From an uncultured Flavobacteriales bacterium (lineage in GTDB: Bacteria; Bacteroidota; Bacteroidia; Flavobacteriales; BACL11): DNA of 64,000 nt. The notes beneath the pieces were generated by a model that was not told where the DNA came from, searched no databases, and was given only the letters and a program-made list of their open reading frames with translations. Both the position numbers and the translations under genes were made by a program. The stretch is from NCBI GenBank assembly GCA_905479165.1, contig CAJQLK010000042.1, forward strand, positions 246-64,245, read 5' to 3'. Position 1 is the first letter of the stretch. Every line of letters starts with the position of its first letter. Of the stretch, positions 46,717 through 57,031 are shown piece after piece.

Positions 46717-47097
46717 TTTTTCCCATCAATTTTCTTATAAGCATTATTATCCCTAATATTATTAATAATCCAATTGAAATTAAGTGCCCTACATATGGCA
46801 CTAGTAATGTTGGTAACAAACATAATAGCACTAATGGCACTAGTTTTATTGCCCACCATTTTCTTTTGTTCCATGCTCTCCAAAATGTTCTGAGCAATAG
46901 ATAGGTTCCGCTAATAAGAATAATAGAATTAAGTACATATATAATTACCTACCATGCAGGATCTTCAGTTTCTTCCTCATCACCTGGGTCTTCAAAATTT
47001 GCTGTTAGTACAGTATTGTTTTCCGTAATTGGAAAAGAAGAATAACTCACATTGGTAAGTGTTGTTAGTGTAATAAAAAGGAGTAGTATTTTTTCAT
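46703..47097 (-). pseudogene. Disrupted small secreted/membrane protein gene, with an A-run frameshift and an in-frame TAG
   Basis: ATG 47097 is followed by A6, and this frame stops after 10 codons. One base further, the frame reads (K)ILLLFITLTTLTNVSYSSFPITENN..EDPGDEEETEDPAW, then TAG (46949-46951). It then continues in the same frame as VIIYVLNSIILISGTYLLLRTFWRAWNKRKWWAIKLVPLVLL... to the stop at 46703. This last stretch contains the 64-aa track ORF. Confidence 0.4.
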
Positions 47098-47126
47098 GTT
47101 GTAAAAATAGAGATTATTATATAATG

Positions 47127-47630
47127 TTACTCATAAATCTGATTGATTACCCCCCCATAATCTGCCCACTCCCAAATCCCTGATATTTTCCCATTTTTAA
47201 AATTCACTGTACGATAAGCCGAGAGTTCAACTGTATTTTCTCTTTTTACAGTTGCTTTAGAATAAACCCTTACACTACCATCAATTTCATAAGTATTTTC
47301 ATCAATTCCTGGCAAATAAATAGAATGTCCAATTTCTATGTAGAAACCATTTTTTTTTAATTGTGAAAGTATTCCATCTTGATATTCTGTTAAAGAAACA
47401 GGAACCCCTTTTGGAGAACCAGCAGTAAACGAATAGAAAGTAAAATCTGATGTAAAATATTGGCTAATATCTAAAGCCGAACTATCGCTACTTTCATAAT
47501 AATTATTGATATCATCAACTAGTAGCTTAAGAGTTTCCAAATTTTGCTCATAGCGCTTGATTTTATTCTCACTACATGAGAATAAGAAAATTAAAGATGA
47601 AAGAATGAGGATGTTTTTTAGTTTATTCAT
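47127..47630 (-). CDS. Hypothetical lipoprotein (possibly NTF2/SnoaL-like fold)
   Basis: It has the lipobox MNKLKNILILSSLIFLFSC and overlaps the 3' end of the upstream M28 gene. Confidence 0.55.
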   Translation of the reverse strand: MNKLKNILILSSLIFLFSCSENKIKRYEQNLETLKLLVDDINNYYESSDSSALDISQYFTSDFTFYSFTAGSPKGVPVSLTEYQDGILSQLKKNGFYIEIGHSIYLPGIDENTYEIDGSVRVYSKATVKRENTVELSAYRTVNFKNGKISGIWEWADYGGVINQIYE

Positions 47631-48654
47631 GATAAACAACATCTAATACAGTTTGTCCAACAGCATTAAGAGTTTCTTTATCGATATTACCCATATCATC
47701 TCTATGAGTGTGCCAATGCTTGTTGAAATTGCTTTCAGTAGCTGGATCATACTCAATAATATCAATAGTAGGAATTCCAGTAATTTGGTTTACATATAAA
47801 TGGTCATCAACTATTTGTTTGGCATTTTCAAATACAAAATACTTTCCAAAACCCAATCGATTGGCTTTACGCCATACCTTTTGCAAAATATTTGAACCAT
47901 AATAAAAGGAGATTTGCTCATGCCTAAAAGTGGCATCTTTAGCGCCAACCATATCTAGCAGAATTCCATAACGAGCATAGTAGTTTGCTTTGTGTGGATT
48001 CTTGCTCCAATACTGTGAACCTAAGCACCAAGAATCTTGCATAAGTGGGTAGCTGGAATTTTCAGGTTGACCATAATCTTCAGCATCAAAAAGTATAATA
48101 TCAACTCCTATTTTAAGATTTTTTTTACTGAATTGTCTTGCTAGTTCTATTAAAACTCCAACTCCACTTCCTCCATCATTTGCTCCAAGTATTGGGCTGT
48201 TTTGGTTTTCAGTATCATGGTCGGCAATATGTCTGCTGTCCCAATGGGCAAATAAAGCAACTCTATTATTTTTTTCAGGAGAGAAACTCGCAATTATGTT
48301 TTTCAAAGTATGATTTTTCCTATCATAAGTGGTAATAGGTGCTTCTTGAATAATTACATTTGGAGTATAAGTTTTGAATTTTTTCTCTAACCAAATAGCA
48401 CAGTTTCTCCAGCCTTTGCTAGAAATTACTCTTGGACCAAAACTTACTTGTTTTTCTATAAAATAATAAGCAGAATCTGCATTAAAAGTTGGGACTTCAA
48501 TTTTTGGTTTTGGTTTTTTTGAAGTAGTTTTTGTTTTTTGTTGAGGCTCAGTTGAGCAAGAAGAAAGAATAATCATTGCTAAAAGCAACACACCCCCCAC
48601 CCCTCTTTTTAGTAATGAGTTATTGTTTAATATCTTATATCTAATATTTATCAT
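47623..48654 (-). CDS. M28-family zinc peptidase-fold protein, glutaminyl-peptide cyclotransferase-like (lipoprotein)
   Basis: 343 aa with the lipobox LSSC. Metal-ligand contexts are FAHWDSRH, GANDGGSGVGVLIE, FDAEDYG and a C-terminal HTHRD. Confidence 0.75.
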   Translation of the reverse strand: MINIRYKILNNNSLLKRGVGGVLLLAMIILSSCSTEPQQKTKTTSKKPKPKIEVPTFNADSAYYFIEKQVSFGPRVISSKGWRNCAIWLEKKFKTYTPNVIIQEAPITTYDRKNHTLKNIIASFSPEKNNRVALFAHWDSRHIADHDTENQNSPILGANDGGSGVGVLIELARQFSKKNLKIGVDIILFDAEDYGQPENSSYPLMQDSWCLGSQYWSKNPHKANYYARYGILLDMVGAKDATFRHEQISFYYGSNILQKVWRKANRLGFGKYFVFENAKQIVDDHLYVNQITGIPTIDIIEYDPATESNFNKHWHTHRDDMGNIDKETLNAVGQTVLDVVYHE

Positions 48655-50121
48655 CTATTTTATCTCCCAATTACTTCCTTCTCTGCTATCTTTTATCTGA
48701 ATTCCAGCTTTGTCCAATTCATCACGAATCAAATCGGCAGTGCTAAAATCTTTATTTTTTTTTGCATTTCCTCTAAGTTTTAAAACTAATTCCATCACTT
48801 CTTCAGTAAGGTTATTTCCTCCACTTTCTTTTGAAGCAATAAGTCCTAAAATATCAGTAACAAAATCAGAAAACAGTTTTTGCATTTTTGATAAATCGGA
48901 AGCAGTTAAACTTTCTTTGCCATCTTTTACTGAGTTAATAATTCTTACTCCATCAAATAAATGTGCAATTAAAATAGGAGTATTGAAATCATCATCCATT
49001 GCAGCATAACAATTCTTTTCTAGCTCGTTAATATCATAAGTTGAGCTGTCAGAATTCTTTAGATTTTCTAAAGTCTCCATTGCATTCATCAGCTTTGTAA
49101 ATCCTTTTTCGGCAGCTTGCAAGGCTTCATTGCCAAAATCAACAGTGCTTCTGTATTGCGCTTGTAGTATGAAAAAACGAATTGTCATTGGGCTATAAGC
49201 TCTATCTAATTTTGCATGAGTTCCATTAAAAAATTCCTCTAAGTTGATGAAGTTTCCAAGAGATTTACCCATCTTTTTCCCATCAATTGTAATCATATTA
49301 TTGTGCATCCAATAGTTTACAGGATTACAATTATTACAAGCGTTTGATTGTGCGATTTCTGCTTCATGATGAGGGAAAACCAAGTCCATTCCACCTCCAT
49401 GAATATCAAAAGTTTTACCTAAATATTTTTCACTCATTGCAGAGCACTCCATATGCCATCCAGGGAACCCTTCACCCCAAGGAGAATCCCACCTCATAAT
49501 ATGCTCAGGATTTGCTTTTTTCCAAATTGCAAAATCGACTGAACTTTTCTTTTCTGATTGCCCGTCCAAAGCACGAGTTCCTTCTAAAGTATCCTCTATA
49601 TTTCTTCCTGAAAGAGTCCCGTAAGGATAAGATTCATTGTATTTATTTACATCCAAATAAACAGAACTATTTACCTCATAAGCAAATCCATTTTTTAGGA
49701 TTTTTTGCACCATTTCAATCTGCTCAATAATATGTCCAGTTGCTCTCGGTTCAATTGAAGGAGGTAAACAATTTAAAGCATCCATTGCTTTATGATAACT
49801 AATCGTATAGAATTGAGCAATTTCCATAGGTTCCAACTGTTCTAATCTTGCTTTTTTAGCAATTTTATCTTCTCCATCATCTGCATCATTTTCAAGGTGT
49901 CCCGCATCTGTTATATTCCTAACATATCTTACTTTATAATCAGAGTGTTTTAAGTACCTAAAAACCACATCAAAAGTAATTGCGGGGCGTGCATGACCTA
50001 AGTGGGGATCACCATAAACAGTAGGCCCACAAACATACATCCCTACATGATTTTTCACTATAGGATTAAAAATTTCTTTCTTTCTTGTAAGGGTATTGTA
50101 TATCTGTATTTTTCTGCTCAT
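48655..50121 (-). CDS. cysS: Cysteine--tRNA ligase
   Basis: 488 aa. It has the HIGH-type motif ([14 protein letters not shown]) and the KMSKS-type motif (KMGKS). Confidence 0.95.
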   Translation of the reverse strand: MSRKIQIYNTLTRKKEIFNPIVKNHVGMYVCGPTVYGDPHLGHARPAITFDVVFRYLKHSDYKVRYVRNITDAGHLENDADDGEDKIAKKARLEQLEPMEIAQFYTISYHKAMDALNCLPPSIEPRATGHIIEQIEMVQKILKNGFAYEVNSSVYLDVNKYNESYPYGTLSGRNIEDTLEGTRALDGQSEKKSSVDFAIWKKANPEHIMRWDSPWGEGFPGWHMECSAMSEKYLGKTFDIHGGGMDLVFPHHEAEIAQSNACNNCNPVNYWMHNNMITIDGKKMGKSLGNFINLEEFFNGTHAKLDRAYSPMTIRFFILQAQYRSTVDFGNEALQAAEKGFTKLMNAMETLENLKNSDSSTYDINELEKNCYAAMDDDFNTPILIAHLFDGVRIINSVKDGKESLTASDLSKMQKLFSDFVTDILGLIASKESGGNNLTEEVMELVLKLRGNAKKNKDFSTADLIRDELDKAGIQIKDSREGSNWEIK

Positions 50122-51080
50122 TATGCAATTTTTTCATATTTTTCTTTCAGATTTTTCATCATATCTGAAGTCATTTTTTCTAGGTTATATTTAATTTCCC
50201 AACCCCAGTCATTTTGCGCGTGCGTATCATCAATTGATGATGGCCAAGAGTCCGCAATTTCTTGTCTGAAATCAGGGTTGTAACTCATTTTAAAATTTGG
50301 AATGTGTTTTGAAACTTCCTCTGATAATGTTTTTGGTGTAAAACTAACACCTGCCAAATTATATGAAGAACGGATTTTTACTTGTTCAGCAGGAGCTTCC
50401 ATTAATTCAATTGTGGCACGGATTGCATCTGGCATATACATCATTGGTAAGCCAGTATTTTCAGCTAAAAAACTTTCGTATTCACCATCAGTTATTGCTT
50501 TATGAAAAATATCCACAGCATAATCAGTTGTCCCGCCACCTGGAGATGCTTTCCAGCCAATCAAACCTGGATAACGGATACTCCTTACATCTACTCCAAA
50601 TTTATTAAAGTAATATTCATTCCATCTTTCTCCTGCTTGCTTAGTAATTCCGTAAACGGTATTGGGTTCCATTATAGTATATTGTGGCGTATTTTCCTTT
50701 GGAGTTGTAGGTCCAAAAACCGCAATAGAAGAAGGCCAAAAAATCTTTTTAATTAACCCACCTTTTGCTAAATCCAATACATGAGAATGTGAACGCATAT
50801 TCAATTTCCAACCCAATTCAATGTTTTGCTCAGCAGTTGCAGATAGTAGTGCGGCTAATAAATAAACTTGGGTAACTTTATATTTTGCAACAATATTACG
50901 AAGGAGTTTTTCATCCATAATATCCAAAGTCTCAAAAGGTCCAGAATTCATTACCTCATCACATGATTGACGAATGTCTGATGCAATAACATTTTCGTTA
51001 CCGTACATTTTTCTTAGCTCAATTACTAACTCTGTGCCAATTTGACCTGATGAACCTATAATTAAAATTCGTTCTTGCAT
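50121..51080 (-). CDS. NAD-dependent epimerase/dehydratase-fold enzyme, L-threonine 3-dehydrogenase-like (extended SDR)
   Basis: 319 aa. It has GSSGQIG and the catalytic YGITK. The N-terminus resembles SDR-type TDH from memory. Confidence 0.65.
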   Translation of the reverse strand: MQERILIIGSSGQIGTELVIELRKMYGNENVIASDIRQSCDEVMNSGPFETLDIMDEKLLRNIVAKYKVTQVYLLAALLSATAEQNIELGWKLNMRSHSHVLDLAKGGLIKKIFWPSSIAVFGPTTPKENTPQYTIMEPNTVYGITKQAGERWNEYYFNKFGVDVRSIRYPGLIGWKASPGGGTTDYAVDIFHKAITDGEYESFLAENTGLPMMYMPDAIRATIELMEAPAEQVKIRSSYNLAGVSFTPKTLSEEVSKHIPNFKMSYNPDFRQEIADSWPSSIDDTHAQNDWGWEIKYNLEKMTSDMMKNLKEKYEKIA

Positions 51081-51161
51081 GCGTTAAAATATTTTGACAA
51101 ATATAATATTATCTAATACTTTAATAGGAAAATTAATTTGCAATAACATTTTAAGATTTTA

Positions 51162-51169
51162 TATCTTTG
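51162..51169 (+). promoter_or_regulatory. -7 promoter box TATCTTTG for trhO-queD
   Basis: Exact TAnnTTTG, 24 nt before the ATG at 51194. Confidence 0.45.
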
Positions 51170-51193
51170 CTCTAAATTACGAATCAGAATATT

Positions 51194-52255
51194 ATGGATC
51201 CTAATACTGGCAAAAAAGGTATGTTTAATAAACTAAGCAAGGAACAAGGTTTAGTTTTGTTAGAAAATGAGGATTTTTCCAGAAAAACAGTTTCTTTTTA
51301 TAGGTATGTTATTTTAGATGCTCCTTTTGACTTACGTGATGAGCTATATTTAGAATGGAATGCACTGGCAGTTTTAGGGCGAATTTACTTAGCGCATGAA
51401 GGGGTAAATGCACAATTAAGTGTTCCTGAGCACAATTGGGAGGCATTTGTAAAGGTAGTTCATGCTAATAAATATTTTACAGCTATGCCCTTTAAAATTG
51501 CAGTTGAAGATGATGGAAAATCATTTTATAAACTAACAATTAAAGTGAGACATCAGATTGTTGCTGATGGCTTGCCAATTGATGAATATGATGTAACTGA
51601 TGTGGGGGTGCATTTGGATGCTGAAAAATGGAATAATGCATTAGAAAATGGAGCTACAGTAGTGGACATGCGAAATCATTATGAAAGTGAGATAGGAAAG
51701 TTTAAAGGAGCTATCTGCCCTGATGTTGAAACTTTTAAAGAGGAATTACCTGAAGTAAAAAAAATACTAAAAGGGCAGGAGGAAGATAAAATTTTACTTT
51801 ATTGTACGGGGGGGATTAGGTGTGAGAAAACATCAGCATATTTAAAACATCATGGGTTTAAAAATGTTTTTCAGTTGCATGGAGGAATCATTGATTATGC
51901 CCGACAATTAGAACAAGATGATAGTTTGGAAAACAACTTTGAAGGTAAGAATTTTGTATTTGATGAAAGGAGAGGCGAGCGTATTTCGGCTGATGTAATT
52001 AGTAATTGCCATCAATGTAGGGAGCCATTTGATACGCATGTAAATTGCAAGAATGTAAATTGTAATTTATTGTTTTTGCAATGTGATAATTGTAAAACTA
52101 AGTATGAGAATTGCTGCTCAATTGAATGTATTGAAATTATTAATTTACCAATGAAGGAACAAATGGTATTGAGAAAAGGAACGGATCAAAAGAAGATGTA
52201 TTACAGCCATAAAAGAGTTAACCTAAATTTAAATAAAGATGATAAGAATAACTAA
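51194..52255 (+). CDS. trhO: Rhodanese-domain protein of the UPF0176/YceA family (tRNA uridine(34) hydroxylase TrhO)
   Basis: 353 aa with the rhodanese active-site loop YCTGGIRCEK and a Cys-rich C-terminus. Confidence 0.8.
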   Translation: MDPNTGKKGMFNKLSKEQGLVLLENEDFSRKTVSFYRYVILDAPFDLRDELYLEWNALAVLGRIYLAHEGVNAQLSVPEHNWEAFVKVVHANKYFTAMPFKIAVEDDGKSFYKLTIKVRHQIVADGLPIDEYDVTDVGVHLDAEKWNNALENGATVVDMRNHYESEIGKFKGAICPDVETFKEELPEVKKILKGQEEDKILLYCTGGIRCEKTSAYLKHHGFKNVFQLHGGIIDYARQLEQDDSLENNFEGKNFVFDERRGERISADVISNCHQCREPFDTHVNCKNVNCNLLFLQCDNCKTKYENCCSIECIEIINLPMKEQMVLRKGTDQKKMYYSHKRVNLNLNKDDKNN

Positions 52256-52688
52256 AGAATTTAAGTTTGAAATGGCACATGCCTTGCATGGGTATGATGG
52301 GCTTTGCGCAAACATACATGGGCACTCTTACAGGCTTTGGGTAACCGTAAAAGGCAAAGTTAAGGAGGAGCTCGGACATCCTAAAAATGGTATGGTAATG
52401 GATTTTGGTGATTTAAAAAAGGTTGTAAAACCTAATATAGTGGACAAATTTGATCATGCTTTGGTGCTTAATGCTAACTCCCCGCATGCTGATATTAATT
52501 TGGAAGCTTTTGATAAAGTTTATCATTTGGATTATCAACCAACATCAGAGAATTTAGTTCTTAATTTTGCTAACTATATTAAAGCACAATTACCTAAAGG
52601 TGTGAGTTTAGTAAAAGTTGTTTTATCAGAAACTGCATCTAGTTTTGCTGAGTGGAATGAGGATGACGCTTCCTCTTATGTTATATAG
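52239..52688 (+). CDS. queD: 6-carboxy-5,6,7,8-tetrahydropterin synthase
   Basis: 149 aa. It has the motif CANIHGHSY and a downstream DH pair. It overlaps trhO by 17 nt. Confidence 0.85.
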   Translation: MIRITKEFKFEMAHALHGYDGLCANIHGHSYRLWVTVKGKVKEELGHPKNGMVMDFGDLKKVVKPNIVDKFDHALVLNANSPHADINLEAFDKVYHLDYQPTSENLVLNFANYIKAQLPKGVSLVKVVLSETASSFAEWNEDDASSYVI

Positions 52689-52755
52689 AATTTATATAAA
52701 TAAAAATGTATTTAAAATTATGCGCTAAATTATAGTTACCCTAAATTGGTTTTTC

Positions 52756-52763
52756 TATTTTTG
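52756..52763 (+). promoter_or_regulatory. -7 promoter box TATTTTTG for the cytochrome c oxidase operon
   Basis: Exact TAnnTTTG, 20 nt before the ATG at 52784. Confidence 0.45.
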
Positions 52764-52783
52764 CGAGCGAAAAAATTTATCAA

Positions 52784-53764
52784 ATGACAAATATTTTAAT
52801 TTTTATTATTGTAATCTCAGTTATTGCAACATTAGTTCAAATTGTTAGAGTTAGCGAGCTATTATCAGAAATAAAAAATAAGGATGTTAATGAAGTAACA
52901 GATAAAGATAATAACACTCAAGGGTTATTATTTTTAATAGTAGGTTTTGGCTTTTTAATTTTTGTTGTCTGGCAAATGATAACTTGGGATCATCTTTTAT
53001 TACCTCCTGCGAGTTCAGTACATGGGACTCAAATTGATTTATTAATGAAGGTGTCCATGGGATTAATTATTGTAGTATTTTTTATTACATCACCGATGCT
53101 ATTTTATTTTGCTTTTAAGTATAGGGGTAAAAAATCTAATAATGCATATTTTTTATCACATAATAATAAGCTAGAAGTTGTTTGGACTGTTATACCTACT
53201 ATAATTCTTACAGTGCTTATTATTTTTGGCTTAAAAACTTGGGATAATGCCATGAATGTTGAGGTCACTGAATCAACTAAATTAATTGAAGTTTATGCAA
53301 AGCAATATAATTGGACTGCTAGATACTCAGGCCTTGACAATAAATTAGGTAAAGCAAACTATAAATTAGTTAAAGGGAAAAATACTCTTGGTGTTGACAT
53401 GTTAGATATTAATTCTGCTGACGATAAAATGGCTAGAGAAGTTCATTTAGTAGTTAATGAGCCTGTATTATTAAAGTTTCGTTCTCAGGATGTAATACAT
53501 TCTGCTTTTTTGCCACATTTTAGAGTACAAATGAATTGTGTTCCAGGAATTACTACTCAATTTGGATTTACACCTAACAAAACAACTGCTCAAATGAAAG
53601 AAAGTGAGGGAGAGGATTTTGAATATGTTTTATTATGTAATAAGATATGTGGGGCTTCACATTTTAACATGCAAATGAAATTTATTGTTGAAACTCAAGA
53701 AGAATATGATATTTGGATTGCTTCTCAGGATAACTTAGAAAAAAAATTATTAACTCAAAAATAA
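52784..53764 (+). CDS. ctaC: Cytochrome c oxidase subunit II
   Basis: 326 aa. It has TM helices and the CuA site H(SAF)...CNKICGASHFNM (C-x3-C-x3-H-x2-M). Confidence 0.88.
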   Translation: MTNILIFIIVISVIATLVQIVRVSELLSEIKNKDVNEVTDKDNNTQGLLFLIVGFGFLIFVVWQMITWDHLLLPPASSVHGTQIDLLMKVSMGLIIVVFFITSPMLFYFAFKYRGKKSNNAYFLSHNNKLEVVWTVIPTIILTVLIIFGLKTWDNAMNVEVTESTKLIEVYAKQYNWTARYSGLDNKLGKANYKLVKGKNTLGVDMLDINSADDKMAREVHLVVNEPVLLKFRSQDVIHSAFLPHFRVQMNCVPGITTQFGFTPNKTTAQMKESEGEDFEYVLLCNKICGASHFNMQMKFIVETQEEYDIWIASQDNLEKKLLTQK

Positions 53765-53772
53765 TATAAAAG

Positions 53773-55524
53773 ATGTCGGAACATCATAAAGAAAACTTCA
53801 TTACTAAATATATTTTTAGTATGGACCATAAGATGATTGCAAAGCAATTTCTTTTAACTGGAATGTTTATGGCAGTTGTTGGGATGTTAATGTCTGCTAT
53901 TTTCAGAGTCCAATTGGCTAATCCTGGTGAAACATCTATATTATATAACTTACTACCAAGCACTTGGCTGAATGACGCAGGAGGTTTAAATCCTGATAAA
54001 TATTTAGCCTTAGTTACTATGCACGGTACAATATTAGTTTTTTGGGTGCTAACAGCCGGTCTTTCAGGTACATTTGCTAATTTCTTAATCCCATTACAAA
54101 TTGGAGCTAGAGATATGGCTTCTGGATTTTTAAACATGCTTTCTTATTGGTTCTTTTTTATCGCGACTGTTGTATTGTTGAGTTCATTATTTGTTGAGTC
54201 AGGTCCTGCTTCTGGTGGCTGGACAATCTACCCCCCACTTTCCGCACTTCCACAAGCAATTCCTGGTTCAGGTACTGGTATGACATTATGGTTAATTAGT
54301 ATAACATTATTTGTTGTTGGCTCATTACTTGGAGGACTAAATTATATAGTTACAATATTAAATTTAAGAACGATTGGAATGACTATGCAACGTCTTCCAC
54401 TAACAGTTTGGGCTTTATTAATCACAGCAATACTTGGGGTCCTTTCATTCCCAGTTCTTTTATCTTGTGGTCTCTTACTAGTTTTTGACAGATCATTCGG
54501 TACTAGTTTTTATCTTTCAGATATTATTATTAATGGTGAAGTTTTACATAATGAAGGAGGGAGTCCTATTTTATTCGAGCATTTATTTTGGTTTTTAGGT
54601 CATCCTGAAGTTTATATTATTTTATTACCAGCATTAGGTATTGTTTCTGAAGTGATTTCTGTAAATTCAAGAAAACCTATTTTTGGATATAAAGCAATGG
54701 TTGGCGCGTTATTATTAATTGCGTTTTTATCATTTATTGTTTGGGGTCACCATATGTTTATGACGGGGATGAATCCTTTTCTAGGGTCTGTATTTACATT
54801 TACTACTTTACTTATCGCCATACCTTCAGCTGTAAAGGTATTTAATTATTTAGCCACTTTATGGAGAGGAAATATTCGTTTTACACCAGCAATGTTATTT
54901 GCTATTGGAACGGTTTCAGCATTCATTACGGGGGGACTAACTGGAATTATATTAGGTGATAGTGCTTTAGACATTAATGTGCATGACACTTATTTTGTTG
55001 TAGGTCACTTTCATATTGTAATGGGTCTTTCTGCTATATATGGTATGTTTGCAGGGGTGTATCATTGGTTTCCTAAAATGTATGGACGAATGATGAATAA
55101 GAATTTAGGATATATACATTTTTGGGGTACTTTTATTTGTGCATATGGCGTATTTTTCCCAATGCATTTTTTAGGATTAGCTGGTCTACCAAGAAGATAT
55201 TACTCTAATTCTGCTTTCCCAATGTTTGATGGTTTATCAGACATTAATTCTCTTATTACTTTTTTTGCATTAGCAGGAGCTATAGTTCAAGCAATTTTTC
55301 TTTTTAATTTCTTTTATAGTATATTTAAAGGAACAAAAGCAAGTCAAAACCCCTGGAAATCGAACACATTAGAGTGGACTACTCCTGTAGAAAGAATTCA
55401 TGGGAATTGGCCTGGAGAATTACCAGTTGTAAAACGTTGGGCATACGATTATTCAAAGCCAGGAGCTGAAGAAGATTTTATTCTACAAACTGAGCCATTA
55501 AAAGATGGAGAGATAGAACATTAA
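53773..55524 (+). CDS. ctaD: Cytochrome c oxidase subunit I
   Basis: 583 aa. Heme-copper oxidase signatures are WFLGHPEVYI, the VWGHHMF-type motif (VWGHHMFMTG) and HDTYFVVGHFH. Confidence 0.95.
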   Translation: MSEHHKENFITKYIFSMDHKMIAKQFLLTGMFMAVVGMLMSAIFRVQLANPGETSILYNLLPSTWLNDAGGLNPDKYLALVTMHGTILVFWVLTAGLSGTFANFLIPLQIGARDMASGFLNMLSYWFFFIATVVLLSSLFVESGPASGGWTIYPPLSALPQAIPGSGTGMTLWLISITLFVVGSLLGGLNYIVTILNLRTIGMTMQRLPLTVWALLITAILGVLSFPVLLSCGLLLVFDRSFGTSFYLSDIIINGEVLHNEGGSPILFEHLFWFLGHPEVYIILLPALGIVSEVISVNSRKPIFGYKAMVGALLLIAFLSFIVWGHHMFMTGMNPFLGSVFTFTTLLIAIPSAVKVFNYLATLWRGNIRFTPAMLFAIGTVSAFITGGLTGIILGDSALDINVHDTYFVVGHFHIVMGLSAIYGMFAGVYHWFPKMYGRMMNKNLGYIHFWGTFICAYGVFFPMHFLGLAGLPRRYYSNSAFPMFDGLSDINSLITFFALAGAIVQAIFLFNFFYSIFKGTKASQNPWKSNTLEWTTPVERIHGNWPGELPVVKRWAYDYSKPGAEEDFILQTEPLKDGEIEH

Positions 55525-55525
55525 T

Positions 55526-56080
55526 ATGGATATAGCTTTAAGAAATATGGTTAAAAAACAGCTTTTATGGATATCATTAGCTGCTATTTCAATGTTTTTT
55601 GCAAGCATGTTATCTGCATTTATAGTTGAAAAGGCTGACGTTGGAAATTGGAAAGAATTTATTTTGCCAAATTATTTTGTATTTAGTACTGGGGTTATTA
55701 TCCTCAGTAGTTTAGTGTTATTTTTTATTAAACCTCAACTTAAAAAAGACAAGTCCATATTTAGTTTGGTTTTTACTGTCTTAATTTTAGGAATTATATT
55801 TTCATATTTGCAGATTAAGGGATGGCAGCAATTAACTAATCAAGGCATATATTTAACAGGAGTTGGTAGTAATATATCAGGATCTTTTTTATATATCTTA
55901 ACTTTAACTCATCTATTACATCTTGTTGGAGGGCTGGTTGGATTATGTATAAGCGCAATTAAATCAAAACAGAATTTATACTCAATTAATAATTATTTAG
56001 GCTTAGAGTTAACAGCTATCTATTGGCATTTTTTAACTGTACTATGGGTTATATTATTTGCCTTTTTAAAATTCTATTAA
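55526..56080 (+). CDS. Heme-copper oxidase subunit III family protein (short form)
   Basis: 184 aa, 5 TM-like, with the C-terminal motif YWHFLTVLWVILF. Confidence 0.7.
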   Translation: MDIALRNMVKKQLLWISLAAISMFFASMLSAFIVEKADVGNWKEFILPNYFVFSTGVIILSSLVLFFIKPQLKKDKSIFSLVFTVLILGIIFSYLQIKGWQQLTNQGIYLTGVGSNISGSFLYILTLTHLLHLVGGLVGLCISAIKSKQNLYSINNYLGLELTAIYWHFLTVLWVILFAFLKFY

Positions 56081-56096
56081 ATCAATAAATTAAACT

Positions 56097-57014
56097 ATGG
56101 ATGAAGTATTAGATGAAGCATTAGTAAAAGATCATAAACCAGCGTGGAAAGGAGGTGATCAGCCTTATGAAGCAAGTTATGGGAAATTAATGATGTGGTT
56201 TTTCTTAATTACTGACACCTTAACATTTTCTGCTTTTTTAGCAGCTTATGGCTTTAGTAGATTTAAATATCCTGATATCTGGCCAAATCCTGAAGATGTA
56301 TTTAGTCACTTCCCATTCTTACATGGAGAGCATCCACTTTTATTTGTTGCCTTAATGACGTTTATTCTTATTATGAGTTCGGTGACAATGGTACTTGCTG
56401 TGAATTACGGACATAAAATGCAAAAGAAGAAAGTGATTTTATGGCTTTCATTAACTATTGTTGGCGGCGCTATATTCTTAGGATCTCAAGCATGGGAATG
56501 GGGACATTTTATTCATGGTGATAAAGGAGGAATTAATACTAAAACAGAGCATGTAGTACATATTGCTGAAGGAGAAAAATTATCTTCTGTTTACGCATTA
56601 ATGGGTGCTGATGGACATGATGGAATGCATCATCACTTCACAGTTGATCAGGTGATTACAAGCTTAGAAGCGAATCCTCAATATAATATTAGAACAGCAA
56701 ATAGAATGTATCTTACAAATGAGGATGCAATTGCTTATTTAAGAGAAAATGCTTCGGAAGTATTATTAGGTGCAAATCTGAAAAATAATGAATACGGTCA
56801 TCCTTTATTTGCGGATTATTTCTTTTTCATTACAGGTTTTCATGGTTTTCATGTGTTCTCAGGCGTAATTCTATTAATCATTATTTTAATTAATGTAATT
56901 AAAGGTACTTATGAAAGAAGGGGTCATTATGAAATGGTAGAGAAAGTAGGCCTATACTGGCATTTTGTTGATTTAGTGTGGGTATTTGTATTTACATTCT
57001 TCTACTTAGTATAA
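56097..57014 (+). CDS. ctaE: Cytochrome c oxidase subunit III
   Basis: 305 aa with FITGFHGFHV and the YWHFVDLVWVFVF motif. Confidence 0.85.
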   Translation: MDEVLDEALVKDHKPAWKGGDQPYEASYGKLMMWFFLITDTLTFSAFLAAYGFSRFKYPDIWPNPEDVFSHFPFLHGEHPLLFVALMTFILIMSSVTMVLAVNYGHKMQKKKVILWLSLTIVGGAIFLGSQAWEWGHFIHGDKGGINTKTEHVVHIAEGEKLSSVYALMGADGHDGMHHHFTVDQVITSLEANPQYNIRTANRMYLTNEDAIAYLRENASEVLLGANLKNNEYGHPLFADYFFFITGFHGFHVFSGVILLIIILINVIKGTYERRGHYEMVEKVGLYWHFVDLVWVFVFTFFYLV

Positions 57015-57031
57015 TTAAAAAATAAATTATT

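Noticed and set aside
46692-46883. Alternative 63-aa minus-strand ORF (MESMEQKKMVGNK...) overlapping the 46703-46897 ORF in another frame.
   Set aside because: It is hydrophilic and low-complexity with no features. The overlapping frame encodes coherent TM helices and is contiguous in frame with the upstream signal-peptide segment, so that frame is preferred.
55526-57014. Possible duplication or pseudogenisation of cytochrome oxidase subunit III (two adjacent COX3-like genes of 184 and 305 aa).
   Set aside because: Both ORFs are intact and both keep the YWHF..VW motif. From memory, a split or double subunit-III arrangement is the normal organisation of Bacteroidetes aa3-type clusters.
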